From: an uncultured Aliarcobacter sp.
GTDB taxonomy: Bacteria; Campylobacterota; Campylobacteria; Campylobacterales; Arcobacteraceae
Length of the DNA stretch: 64,000 nucleotides
Reading direction: 5' to 3'
Assembly: GCA_963664305.2 (NCBI GenBank)
Contig: CAXXLV010000001.1
Coordinates: forward strand, 224,001 to 288,000
Shown here: one piece after another, positions 1 to 9,175 of the stretch
How positions within the stretch are numbered: position 1 is the first letter of the stretch
How the letters are laid out: each line of letters starts with the position of its first letter
Translations under genes and position numbers: made by a program
The notes under the pieces: model-generated
What the model saw: the letters and a program-made list of their open reading frames with translations, nothing else
What the model was told of the DNA's origin: nothing
Databases searched by the model: none

Positions 1-1
1 A

Positions 2-232
2 CCAACAATTGATTTAATTAAAGAGTACAAATCTATTTATTTAATTGCAACTGGTGGAGCAGCTTATTTAATTTCTCAATCAATTAAAGGTGCAAAAACT
101 TTAGCATTTGAAGAACTAGGTATGGAAGCAATTTATGAATTTGAAGTTGAAGATATGCCAGTTACTGTTGCAGTTGATACAGAAGGAAATTCTATTCATA
201 CAACAGGTCCAGCTAAATGGAGAACTATCTAA
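2..232 (+). CDS. Class I (Fe-S) fumarate hydratase, C-terminal part (5' truncated by window edge)
   Basis: Manual translation of frame 2: PTIDLIKEYKSIYLIATGGAAYLISQSIKGAKTLAFEELGMEAIYEFEVEDMPVTVAVDTEGNSIHTTGPAKWRTI*. GGAA and ELGMEAI..FEVEDMP match the class I fumarase C-terminal domain. Stop TAA at 230-232. Confidence 0.9.
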   Translation, partial: PTIDLIKEYKSIYLIATGGAAYLISQSIKGAKTLAFEELGMEAIYEFEVEDMPVTVAVDTEGNSIHTTGPAKWRTI

Positions 233-238
233 TCTAGT

Positions 239-262
239 TTACAAAGGGGATACCCTTTGTAA
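239..262 (+). terminator. Stem-loop after the fumarase gene (probable intrinsic terminator)
   Basis: TTACAAAGGG-gata-CCCTTTGTAA, a perfect 10-bp stem 7 nt after the stop codon. The U-tract is weak. Confidence 0.65.
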
Positions 263-371
263 CACTTTCCTAAAATAATCCTTATATCAACAAACTATAT
301 TTCTTTTTTGACTTTTTCAAGACTAACTTTATGCTATTGTTCCAACCAAAGAAAATATTATAGGAAATAAT

Positions 372-1211
372 ATGAATTTATTAGAAGATTTAAAAGACTA
401 TTTAGGCTTTGCTGTAGCAGGTAATTTTGCAAATCACTTAGGTGAAGCAGGAGAAGCTGATGAATTTTCTGTAATAAAAACAAAAGAAAAAGATGCACCA
501 AAGGGGATGTTCCCTTTTTATATAAAAGGACATAATAGTTTTTTAGGAACTTATCCAATTTGTGATGAAATTATCTTAACTCATGGTAGAGAAAATGATA
601 ATTTACAAGTTGAAGCTGAAGTTGCATTAATCTGCGATTTTATTTATGAAAATGATAAAGTTATTGATATAGTACCAAAATATTTTTCAGCATTTAATGA
701 CTGTTCAATTAGAATTCAAGATGGAAATAAACTTAGTACTAAAAAGAATTGGGGAACGAATACAAAAGGAATTTCTCAAGATATTATCGAAATTGATAAT
801 TTCTCACCAAAAGGTGTTTTAAGTAAATATCATATTTCATCATTTATAAAAAGAGATGGTATTGTTTATGATTATGGAACTACAAGTGCCGTAAAATCAT
901 ATAGCTACTTCTTTGAACAATTAAAAGATTGGATGATTGATATTTTAAATACTCAAGAAGATTGTGGACCACTTGAAGAATTAACACAATTCTTAAAAGT
1001 TGCAGCTAAAGATTCAAAAGGTATTTTAATAGCAGCAGGTGCAACAGCATATACAGAGTTTGGAAAACATAACTTTCTAAAAAAAGGTGATGAGATTTTT
1101 GTTTATGTTTATAATGCACACGCACATAGTTTTAACGATATTATGAATGATATGTGTGGAATGGATACTTATTTAGGTCAGTGTTCAAAACTTCATCAAA
1201 TAGTTCAATAA
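372..1211 (+). CDS. DUF5718-family protein, probably fumarylacetoacetate-hydrolase (FAH)-like fold
   Basis: 279-aa ORF with AGGA RBS. Motifs AGNFA.HL, QVEAEVAL, FNDCSIR and KKNWG resemble FAH-superfamily metal-binding motifs. Confidence 0.6.
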   Translation: MNLLEDLKDYLGFAVAGNFANHLGEAGEADEFSVIKTKEKDAPKGMFPFYIKGHNSFLGTYPICDEIILTHGRENDNLQVEAEVALICDFIYENDKVIDIVPKYFSAFNDCSIRIQDGNKLSTKKNWGTNTKGISQDIIEIDNFSPKGVLSKYHISSFIKRDGIVYDYGTTSAVKSYSYFFEQLKDWMIDILNTQEDCGPLEELTQFLKVAAKDSKGILIAAGATAYTEFGKHNFLKKGDEIFVYVYNAHAHSFNDIMNDMCGMDTYLGQCSKLHQIVQ

Positions 1212-1223
1212 AAGATAGATTTT

Positions 1224-4145
1224 CTATCTTTTATTAAGTTTAGACTCAATATATAAAACATCATTTAAACTATCAAATACTTTTATAGTTCCCTCTTCTA
1301 TTTCACTTGCTGTTTTTCTTAGGTGTTGATTTTCTATTTTATTTGCATTACTAGTTACATACTCTTGAACTTTTTTATGTACATTTTCATGATTTTGTTT
1401 TAAAGTATTCCACTCTTTCATTTTCGTAAATTCTTCATTTTGTACTTCACAAGAACTAATCCATTTCCCTAAATTACAAGATTTACAATCAACTACTGTA
1501 CAATCTTCATAACTATCTAATGTTTTAAAATAACCCTTTTTAAAATTTATGTGGTCATTTTTATATTTTGATATCTCTTTCATCAAATTAATATTTTCAA
1601 CCATTTCATAATATTTTTCATCAATTTTTGATAGAGATGTAATCTCTAGTAATCTGCTTGAAAGTTTTGAAACTTCACTTGATAATAAATCAATATTTGA
1701 AGCTGTCATTGCATTTTTTTGTGTTGCACTATCTAATCTTGAAATAGTGTCATTTATTTGAATAATTCCTGTTTCTTGCTCTTTACTAAATTGAGTTACA
1801 CTATCTATAATCTCTTTTGTTTGAGAGATTTTTGAACTAAGATTTTCATAACCTTTTATCATATCATCAGCAATAACTTTTCCTTCATTTGATTTTAAAC
1901 TTGCACTTTCAACCAAATTTTTAATCTCTCTTGCTGCATCTGCACTTCTACTTGCTAAGTTTCTAACTTCTGCTGCAACAACAGCAAAACCTTTTCCAGC
2001 TTCACCAGCAGTTGCTGCTTCTACTGCTGCATTTAAAGATAAAATATTTGTTTGGAAAGCAATTTGGTCAATTACAGTTATAGCTTCATTGATTGCTTTA
2101 ACTTTTTCATTTATCTCATCCATTGATAAAGAAGTCTTTTTAGCTGCTTTACTTCCATGTGTAGAAGCATCATTTAATTCATCTGCAATTTGTAACATTT
2201 GATTCATATTTTCATTATTATTTTTAATATTTGCCGTAATTTGTTCAAGTGCAGCTGAACTTTGTTCTAGAGAACTTGCTTGTTCTGTTGATGAAACTGC
2301 TAATTCAGTTGATGAATTTGCTAAAACTTTTGTATTTTTTTCTAAATCATTACCAGCATTTGTTATCATTGCAATTAATTCTGAAGATGATTGACCAAGA
2401 AGAACAGTAGAAGAACAAAGTGTTCCAAAATCTCCGTACATTCCTCTTGTATGAACTTCATCTAATCTAAATTTATAATTTCCTTGAGAATAGTTATTTA
2501 ACAATAAATTTAAACTATCAATTTTTAGTTTAGTTCTATTTATCATTTTATTTATAATTTCAACTAAAGAGGCTAACTCTTTAGATGAAGCTTTTGTTTT
2601 GATAGAATATTCAAAGAAACCATTATTTACTTTTTCCATAATATCAGTAATTTCAATAACAACTTTTTTATCATTTTCCATTATTTGTTCAATTTTTTCA
2701 ACTTGAATGTTCATATTTTGAGTCATTAAAGCAAACTCATCTTTTCCTTCAATTTGATTTAATCTAATTTCATCTTTTTCTCTCATAGAATAAGAGAAGA
2801 ATTCATTTAAATTATCTTGGAATTTTTTAATAGAATTTGAAATTTTATTTGTCATTAATGTAATTACAATAAATAATATTACAAACATAACTACTAATAC
2901 CAATAAGAATAAAATCACTTGATTATCTAATGTTGAAACATTTGATTTAATATCAGTTATCATATCATCAACAATTTGATTTTTTATTTTTTCCAAAGAA
3001 TCTAATCTTTTTGAAGATGATTCTTCCCATTTTAAACTATCTGAACCATAAATATTTTTTGATAAAGTTTCAATTGCTCTTAAAGTTTTTGTATCCATCT
3101 CTTTTGTTTCATTTAATCCACTGTTATCATATGCTTTTGCCATATATGCATCAATAGTTGATTCAATTACATTTAATAACTCTATCTCTTCTTTTGAAAC
3201 ACCTTCTAATCTTTTATATTCTTTTAGTGCTCTTGAAATTTTTGTATGACTTTTTTGAATTTTATTTAAAAGATTTTCATCTTGATTTATCACAAAATCT
3301 TTATAAAAATGAATTAATCCGCCAAATCCAAATGCTTCTTTAATTGAAGATAATAAAACATCTTTTTCTACTTTTGATATTAAAATAGCTCTAAATTTAT
3401 CAACTTCTTTAAAACTCTCTGTTTGAGCTTCGTTTTTTAATAACTCAAGTTCTGCTGCTGTAAGATTTTTTATTAAAACTTCAATATATGCGTTTTGAGA
3501 TGCAACAAAAGATATAAAATCATTATAATTACTATTTGAAATAGAACCTTGTTCAAAAATATTTTTTACAATATTTTTTTCACTGTAAGATTTTTCAATA
3601 ACATTTACTAAAGATACATAAGCTTGAGAAGATTTTGATAACTCTTTACTATTTGAATAAATAAGTAAATCATCAAAAAATGAGATTAAATTTGAACAAT
3701 TTTTATCATAATAACTAACTAACTCACTTATACTGATTTTTAAATCTATTGTTTTTTTTCTATTTTCAGCTAATGCTTCTAAATCTTTTTTATATAGATT
3801 TATTTTTTCTAAAAGATTATTATCATCTTTTATTAATTTAAAACTTTCTACAAAAGTATTTAGTAATTGTAGATTTTCATCACTATTTTTAATTTGAGTT
3901 AATAACTCATCTTTTTTATTTTTACCATAACTATTCAAATACAATATTGATAGTTCTCTTTCTTTTTGAAAACTAGTTAGTAAAGTAGAGATTTTAACAG
4001 TAAACTCTATATAACTAGAAGTTCTCGCCATATTTCTCTCTTTCTCAATTTTTGTTGAGATTAGAATAGAAGATAAAATAAATATTGTAATTAAAGGTAA
4101 AAGCAATATTAATAATATCTTATTTTTTAGTTTTAGATTATTCAT
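1224..4145 (-). CDS. Methyl-accepting chemotaxis protein with periplasmic NIT-like (nitrate/nitrite) sensor and C-terminal CZB zinc-binding domain
   Basis: Two TM segments; NIT-like [11 protein letters not shown] hairpin [40 protein letters not shown] ligands KNDH, CNLGKW, HENVH. Confidence 0.9.
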   Translation of the reverse strand: MNNLKLKNKILLILLLPLITIFILSSILISTKIEKERNMARTSSYIEFTVKISTLLTSFQKERELSILYLNSYGKNKKDELLTQIKNSDENLQLLNTFVESFKLIKDDNNLLEKINLYKKDLEALAENRKKTIDLKISISELVSYYDKNCSNLISFFDDLLIYSNSKELSKSSQAYVSLVNVIEKSYSEKNIVKNIFEQGSISNSNYNDFISFVASQNAYIEVLIKNLTAAELELLKNEAQTESFKEVDKFRAILISKVEKDVLLSSIKEAFGFGGLIHFYKDFVINQDENLLNKIQKSHTKISRALKEYKRLEGVSKEEIELLNVIESTIDAYMAKAYDNSGLNETKEMDTKTLRAIETLSKNIYGSDSLKWEESSSKRLDSLEKIKNQIVDDMITDIKSNVSTLDNQVILFLLVLVVMFVILFIVITLMTNKISNSIKKFQDNLNEFFSYSMREKDEIRLNQIEGKDEFALMTQNMNIQVEKIEQIMENDKKVVIEITDIMEKVNNGFFEYSIKTKASSKELASLVEIINKMINRTKLKIDSLNLLLNNYSQGNYKFRLDEVHTRGMYGDFGTLCSSTVLLGQSSSELIAMITNAGNDLEKNTKVLANSSTELAVSSTEQASSLEQSSAALEQITANIKNNNENMNQMLQIADELNDASTHGSKAAKKTSLSMDEINEKVKAINEAITVIDQIAFQTNILSLNAAVEAATAGEAGKGFAVVAAEVRNLASRSADAAREIKNLVESASLKSNEGKVIADDMIKGYENLSSKISQTKEIIDSVTQFSKEQETGIIQINDTISRLDSATQKNAMTASNIDLLSSEVSKLSSRLLEITSLSKIDEKYYEMVENINLMKEISKYKNDHINFKKGYFKTLDSYEDCTVVDCKSCNLGKWISSCEVQNEEFTKMKEWNTLKQNHENVHKKVQEYVTSNANKIENQHLRKTASEIEEGTIKVFDSLNDVLYIESKLNKR

Positions 4146-4217
4146 TTTTTCTCCAAAAAATTATCTTCTTGGAAATATATTCTTTATTATTTAAATAAAA
4201 GGTTATGTGAATGAAGC

Positions 4218-4236
4218 TTGTAATCAAGCTGTAATC
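4218..4236. promoter_or_regulatory. Direct repeat with 11-bp period (OmpR/PhoB-family-like binding site) between the divergent MCP and mscL genes
   Basis: TGTAATC at 4219-4225 and 4230-4236 (tTGTAATCaagcTGTAATC). Confidence 0.4.
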
Positions 4237-4345
4237 TTTAAATTATTTTGAATTATTTTTTAAAATATTAATTACATTTTGTATTATTTTATTATCAATA
4301 AAGTTCTTTTTATTATAATTTTAAAAAATATAAAAGGATTTAGAA

Positions 4346-4777
4346 ATGCTAAAAGAATTTAGAGATTTTCTTATAAAAGGAAATGTTGTTGATATGGCTG
4401 TAGGATTTATTTTTGGAGCTGCATTCGCAACACTTATAAAATCACTTGTTACAAATGTAATTATGCCTCCAATTGGATTGCTACTTGGAAGAGTTGATTT
4501 TTCACAATTATTCATTTCTTTAGATGGTATTTCGTATGCAACACTTGCCGATTTAGAAAAGGTAGGAGCACCAGCTATTAAAATTGGAGTATTTTTAAAT
4601 GATACAATTTCATTTGTGATTTTAGGTTTTGTGATGTTTATGTTTATAAAATCATATAATAAATTAAAAAAAGAAGAAGTAAAACCAGCACCTACAACAA
4701 AAGTTTGTAGTGACTGTGCTATGGAAATTCCAGTTGCAGCAAAAAAATGTGGACACTGCGGTAATACAGCAGTATAA
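4346..4777 (+). CDS. mscL: Large-conductance mechanosensitive channel with C-terminal CxxC...CxxC tail
   Basis: MLKEFRDFLIKGNVVDMAVGFIFGAAF is the MscL N-terminal/TM1 signature. The tail is TTKVCSDC...KKCGHC. Confidence 0.95.
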   Translation: MLKEFRDFLIKGNVVDMAVGFIFGAAFATLIKSLVTNVIMPPIGLLLGRVDFSQLFISLDGISYATLADLEKVGAPAIKIGVFLNDTISFVILGFVMFMFIKSYNKLKKEEVKPAPTTKVCSDCAMEIPVAAKKCGHCGNTAV

Positions 4778-4785
4778 AAACTAAA

Positions 4786-4811
4786 AATTAAAAGGCATTT
4801 GCCTTTTAATT
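4786..4811. terminator. Bidirectional intrinsic terminator between convergent mscL and flavin reductase genes
   Basis: AATTAAAAGGC-attt-GCCTTTTAATT inverted repeat with A/T tracts on both sides. Confidence 0.8.
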
Positions 4812-5373
4812 ATAAATCTACTAAAGCCTTAAATGTTACTCCACATCTTCCAATGTTTTCAACATTTATATGATTTCTTTCATTAATTCTATCATCTTCA
4901 ATAAATTGATATTTTAATTCTAAAACAACAGGTGTAGTATCTCCTGGAATTTTATAAGTATCATAATATTCACAAAATAATGCACTTTGAGAAGAAGCAA
5001 TCATGGGAGGGAAACCTTCCATTACATTTTTTACTTCAATTTCAAATTTCTCAATTTCACTAACTTCTTTTCCAAGAGGTGTTGCACATTTTTGTACATA
5101 TTCAACATTCTCTTTATTTGCAAAACAAATAGTTGCTTTTTTTGTTTTCAAAATATTTGCTAAACTATCTTTTGGACTTCCATCATCTTTTTTCCCAATT
5201 GCCACAATCAATAGAGCAGGATTTGAAGAAATAGGAATAAAATATGAAAATGGTGCTGCATTTAATACACCTTCATCTTCTGTAACAATCCAAGCTATTG
5301 GTCTTGGAATTACTGTTCCTGACATTATTTTGTATCTATTTAAGTCATCAATATCTTTATAATCTAAAATCAT
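4810..5373 (-). CDS. Flavin reductase-like protein (DIM6/NTAB family)
   Basis: YKIMSGTVIPRPIAWIVT, NAAPFSYF and KDSLANI motifs. Confidence 0.9.
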   Translation of the reverse strand: MILDYKDIDDLNRYKIMSGTVIPRPIAWIVTEDEGVLNAAPFSYFIPISSNPALLIVAIGKKDDGSPKDSLANILKTKKATICFANKENVEYVQKCATPLGKEVSEIEKFEIEVKNVMEGFPPMIASSQSALFCEYYDTYKIPGDTTPVVLELKYQFIEDDRINERNHINVENIGRCGVTFKALVDL

Positions 5374-5383
5374 CTGTTCCCTT

Positions 5384-5608
5384 TTATATTTTAAATTCTT
5401 GTTCTACATTTTTTGCTATTAACTCACCTTTTAAAGTTAAAAATGAATCGCTAACAAACTCTTCAGTTTTTAGTTTTTTCAATAATTTTTTACCCTCTTT
5501 TAAAGTGAATAATCCTGTATTTTCTAATTTTAAAACTATATCGTTCAAAGATTCATTTGACTCTTTTTTTAAAATTGCTAGTAGTAAAATTTTTTCATTT
5601 ATATCCAT
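5384..5608 (-). CDS. Small hypothetical protein, possible winged-helix fold
   Basis: 74 aa, overlaps the upstream MFS stop. Helix pattern plus LTLKGE wing-end motif typical of wHTH domains. Confidence 0.6.
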   Translation of the reverse strand: MDINEKILLLAILKKESNESLNDIVLKLENTGLFTLKEGKKLLKKLKTEEFVSDSFLTLKGELIAKNVEQEFKI

Positions 5609-6780
5609 TTTAAAATCCTTGTGTAATAAAAAGCAAAGGCTAAAAAACCAATTCCTAAAAGTATAGTAATTATATCAGTAGAAATTAAACTTGCCATTAA
5701 TCCAATAAACAAAGTTGTAACGACACATGAGAGCATAAAAATCATATCATTATATGAAATCACCCTTCCTATATATTTTTCATCACAATTATTTTGTAAT
5801 AAAGCATAAGTAAATGACCATAAAGTCGTAGTACTAAGCCCAACAATAAATAAAGAGATTAATGAAATATAAAAATTACTTTGTGTTAAACTCCATAAAA
5901 TTATTGATAATCCTTGAAAAACTAATAAATAGTGTAAGTTCTCTTTTGTAACATATTTTGAAATAAACATTGGGCCAAACATAAGTGCAACTGCTCTTAC
6001 TGCATTTGAAAGTCCAATTGCAAGTGGAACAGAAATAATATATTTATACTCATTTTTTGCCAAAATAGTTATCAATGCGTCAAAAGATGTAAGTCCAACA
6101 CTTGAATGTAAAAATATCAAATGAAGTATTAATTTATTGTTTTTTATATAAATAAATCCATCTTTTATTAGTTGAAATATTTTATCTGTTGTTTGGCTAG
6201 CTTTTACAACAAAATCTATTCTAATAAAAACAAATAATGCTATTGCAAAAATTACAGCATCTATAATAAAAGCTGTTTTATGTCCAAAAGAGTTTACAAC
6301 AAATCCACTAACAGCCATTCCAACAGCATAAGTAAATGACCAAATGATTGAATGTATTTCATTTGCCATTTGAAGTGGTTTTCCATTTAAAAGTTTTGCT
6401 AAAAGTGACATCTCTGTTGAAAAAAACATAGAAGCTGCACTCATTCTAATAAATATCAAAATCATCAAAAACCAAATTTGTTCTTTATTATCAATAGTTA
6501 AAAATAAAATTGTCATCAATAACTCTGTTGATAATAAGAAAATCATTAAAGGTTTGATTTTTACCCTATCAATAATTGCCCCAGAAATTGGAGCAATTAA
6601 TATTGCAGGAATAAAATGCATTGCAGTTACTACTGAAATTGCCATTTCAGTTGAGCCAAAATCAACAAGCATTGTATATATTGCTACGTTTGAAAACCAA
6701 GCACCAAAATATGCTATAAATTGAACTAAAGATAAATCTCTTATTATCTTATGTTCACGAAATAATTTACGATAATTCAA
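5599..6780 (-). CDS. MFS transporter (H+ antiporter-like)
   Basis: 393 aa, about 12 hydrophobic segments, MFS motif A-like SGAIIDRVKIK and IGRV motif. Confidence 0.9.
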   Translation of the reverse strand: MNYRKLFREHKIIRDLSLVQFIAYFGAWFSNVAIYTMLVDFGSTEMAISVVTAMHFIPAILIAPISGAIIDRVKIKPLMIFLLSTELLMTILFLTIDNKEQIWFLMILIFIRMSAASMFFSTEMSLLAKLLNGKPLQMANEIHSIIWSFTYAVGMAVSGFVVNSFGHKTAFIIDAVIFAIALFVFIRIDFVVKASQTTDKIFQLIKDGFIYIKNNKLILHLIFLHSSVGLTSFDALITILAKNEYKYIISVPLAIGLSNAVRAVALMFGPMFISKYVTKENLHYLLVFQGLSIILWSLTQSNFYISLISLFIVGLSTTTLWSFTYALLQNNCDEKYIGRVISYNDMIFMLSCVVTTLFIGLMASLISTDIITILLGIGFLAFAFYYTRILKWI

Positions 6781-8473
6781 TTTCTACTAAGACCTCTTGA
6801 TACATTGCAGAAAATGAACTTTCATCTTCATTTGCAGGTGTTAAATAGTTAGCATTTTTATTTCCTGCAAAAAAGAATGCACAATTTTCTTTTATATCAT
6901 CATCTATTTTTACTATAAATTTTGCACTTCCATATTTTGATGAAATATTTACAATATCACCATCTTTAAACTTTGTAGAAGAATTTAAATAAACAAAATC
7001 ATCTTTTGAGAATTGAGAATTTAATGAATTTTTATTTTTTGCAGTAATAAAATAGAAGTTATTTTGCGTTTTTTCTTTATAAAGTGGTTCAACATCTAAT
7101 TCGTCTAAAAATTCAAATGTTTCAAACTCTTCTAATTTTGGTTTATGATTTTCAAAATAAGAGATTATTTCATCTTCACTTTGAAGTTTTTCAAAACTAA
7201 ATTTTTCTAATAAAAAGTTTGTTAATTCATATTCGCTAATACTATCTTGTGTTTTTTCTTTTACAATTTGAGAAATAGATTTTAATTCATGTCCATAAGA
7301 TAATCTAACATCTCTTTTACTTAAAAATGAAGTTGAAGGAATAATTAAATTTGCATATTCACAAGTCTCATTTAAAGTTGTTCCAAAATATACCACAAAA
7401 CTATTTTGTAAACCTTCTATCACTTTTTTTGTATTTGGATGTGAAACAACTGGATTTGCACCTTGAATAAATACTAAATCAAAAGAAGAAAAATCAACTT
7501 TAGGAATTGAAACTTTTTTATTATTTCCTTTTATTTCAAAAGGTTTTTTATATCCAAAAGCAGAATCACTTAAATACCAAACTCCTCCTGCATCTTTTTT
7601 ATGATATCCCATAAAAGCTGCAAAAGAATCAATACATCTTGTGATTTGAGCTCCTTCAAAATATTTTTGAACTCCAAGCCCTACCATTATTGCAACAGTT
7701 TTATTCTCTATTAAATCAAAAAAGTCATTAACTTGTGAAAGAGGGATTCCAGTTGTTGCTTCATAAGAAACAACTGGTCTTCCCCTTGAAATATCAAAAA
7801 AATCATCTGCATTGTTTCCAAATTCTTCAATAAACTCTTTATCTTCTAAATCTTGCATATGAGCAAATCTTGTAAGTAATAAAGCTAATTCATAATCTGT
7901 TTTTGGATTTATTTGCATATGAATTTTTGATTTCTTTGCTATATCTGTAGAAACTGGGTCAATTGTTACAAAAGTTTTATCTTTTACTAAATTATACATA
8001 TGAGATGAAGTAACACTAAAATTTCTTCCCCAAACAACTATTACATCAGCATTGATAAGTTTTTCTAAAGGAGGATTTATAACATTTGTACGCCCTGCTT
8101 CAATTCCAGCACCACCTCCACCATCACATAAACTACCTCTTGTTAAAGTTGAACCATATAAAGTAAAAAAGTTTTTAGTTACACTTTGCATAACTCCAAT
8201 ATTTCCACTTCCCTTATAAAAAAGTGTTTTTATTGGTGTTGTTTGTTTTAATTTATCAACTAAAATATTTAAAGATTTATCCAATGAAATCTCTTCACCT
8301 TGATAAATTGCTTTTTCTAAATTTTTTTCTTTTAATAAATTTGCAAAATTAACACATAACTTTCCATTTGTAGTTTTATGTTCTTTTGAGCCTTTTATAT
8401 TATCTTCAATTATTTGTCCTTGACATGCATCGTAACAGTCAAGTGGACATGCTACTTTATTATTTGAATTCAA
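6767..8473 (-). CDS. Molybdopterin-dependent oxidoreductase (DMSO-reductase superfamily, uncharacterised YoaE/YyaE-like subgroup)
   Basis: N-terminal CPLDCYDAC...GKLC Fe-S motif; GSLCDGGG putative Mo ligand; VVWGRN, GANPVVSHPN, ETCEYANLIIP, SLNSQF. Confidence 0.85.
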   Translation of the reverse strand: MNSNNKVACPLDCYDACQGQIIEDNIKGSKEHKTTNGKLCVNFANLLKEKNLEKAIYQGEEISLDKSLNILVDKLKQTTPIKTLFYKGSGNIGVMQSVTKNFFTLYGSTLTRGSLCDGGGGAGIEAGRTNVINPPLEKLINADVIVVWGRNFSVTSSHMYNLVKDKTFVTIDPVSTDIAKKSKIHMQINPKTDYELALLLTRFAHMQDLEDKEFIEEFGNNADDFFDISRGRPVVSYEATTGIPLSQVNDFFDLIENKTVAIMVGLGVQKYFEGAQITRCIDSFAAFMGYHKKDAGGVWYLSDSAFGYKKPFEIKGNNKKVSIPKVDFSSFDLVFIQGANPVVSHPNTKKVIEGLQNSFVVYFGTTLNETCEYANLIIPSTSFLSKRDVRLSYGHELKSISQIVKEKTQDSISEYELTNFLLEKFSFEKLQSEDEIISYFENHKPKLEEFETFEFLDELDVEPLYKEKTQNNFYFITAKNKNSLNSQFSKDDFVYLNSSTKFKDGDIVNISSKYGSAKFIVKIDDDIKENCAFFFAGNKNANYLTPANEDESSFSAMYQEVLVEIELS

Positions 8474-9167
8474 TTTTTACCAACCTTGAAAATTGTTGAG
8501 CATTTGTTACAATCAATTCAACTTTATATGCTGAAATATTTGTACTATCTGCTACATCATAAATTTTTGATATTTTTATATCACTTTTAATTCCATCTAA
8601 ATATATCTCTTTATTTTTTATCTCTTCAATTTGTGCAATAGGAACAAAAATTTCTAATTTTCCTTTTGATAAATCTTTTGCTTCATAAAGTAAAGTTCCA
8701 GGAGTTACATAATCTCCCTCTTTTACAGCTATATTAAAAACATAATTTGATTTTTCAACCAATTTTTTATTAGAAATCGTATCTTTTAAAGTTTCTATTT
8801 TTATTAGCATATCTGCTTTTGAACTTTCAAGATTTATCACTTTTAATTTTTGTGTATCTTTTTCAAAAGCTGATTTTGATGTTACTTGATTTAATCTATC
8901 ATAATTATTTTGTTCGATTTTTAACATCTCATCAATAAATCTTAATTTATTTTTTGATTGTTCCAACTCTACTTTATCAACATTTGAATCCAATTCTACA
9001 ATAGTTGTATTATTTGCTTGTAAACCTTCTATTTTAGAATTTGAGAAAACAACCTTTCCTGCAGTTGCAGCTTTTACTTGATAACTCTCTATTGGTTCTA
9101 ATTTTGCATAATATTCATTTGCAAAAATAGATGTAATCATAATCATTGATAATAAAAAAACTTTCAT
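8460..9167 (-). CDS. HlyD-like periplasmic adaptor (membrane fusion) protein
   Basis: Signal peptide; lipoyl half-motifs VKAATAGKVV and VKEGDYVTPG flanking a coiled-coil hairpin. Confidence 0.75.
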   Translation of the reverse strand: MKVFLLSMIMITSIFANEYYAKLEPIESYQVKAATAGKVVFSNSKIEGLQANNTTIVELDSNVDKVELEQSKNKLRFIDEMLKIEQNNYDRLNQVTSKSAFEKDTQKLKVINLESSKADMLIKIETLKDTISNKKLVEKSNYVFNIAVKEGDYVTPGTLLYEAKDLSKGKLEIFVPIAQIEEIKNKEIYLDGIKSDIKISKIYDVADSTNISAYKVELIVTNAQQFSRLVKIEFK

Positions 9168-9175
9168 ATTTTTCC

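Noticed and set aside
1940..2100. Nucleotide similarity with about 54630-54790
   Set aside because: Conserved MCP signalling hairpin in two paralogues, not a mobile repeat.
6767..8473. Possible selenocysteine formate dehydrogenase
   Set aside because: No in-frame TGA, no FDH active-site C/U-H motif, no Tat signal.
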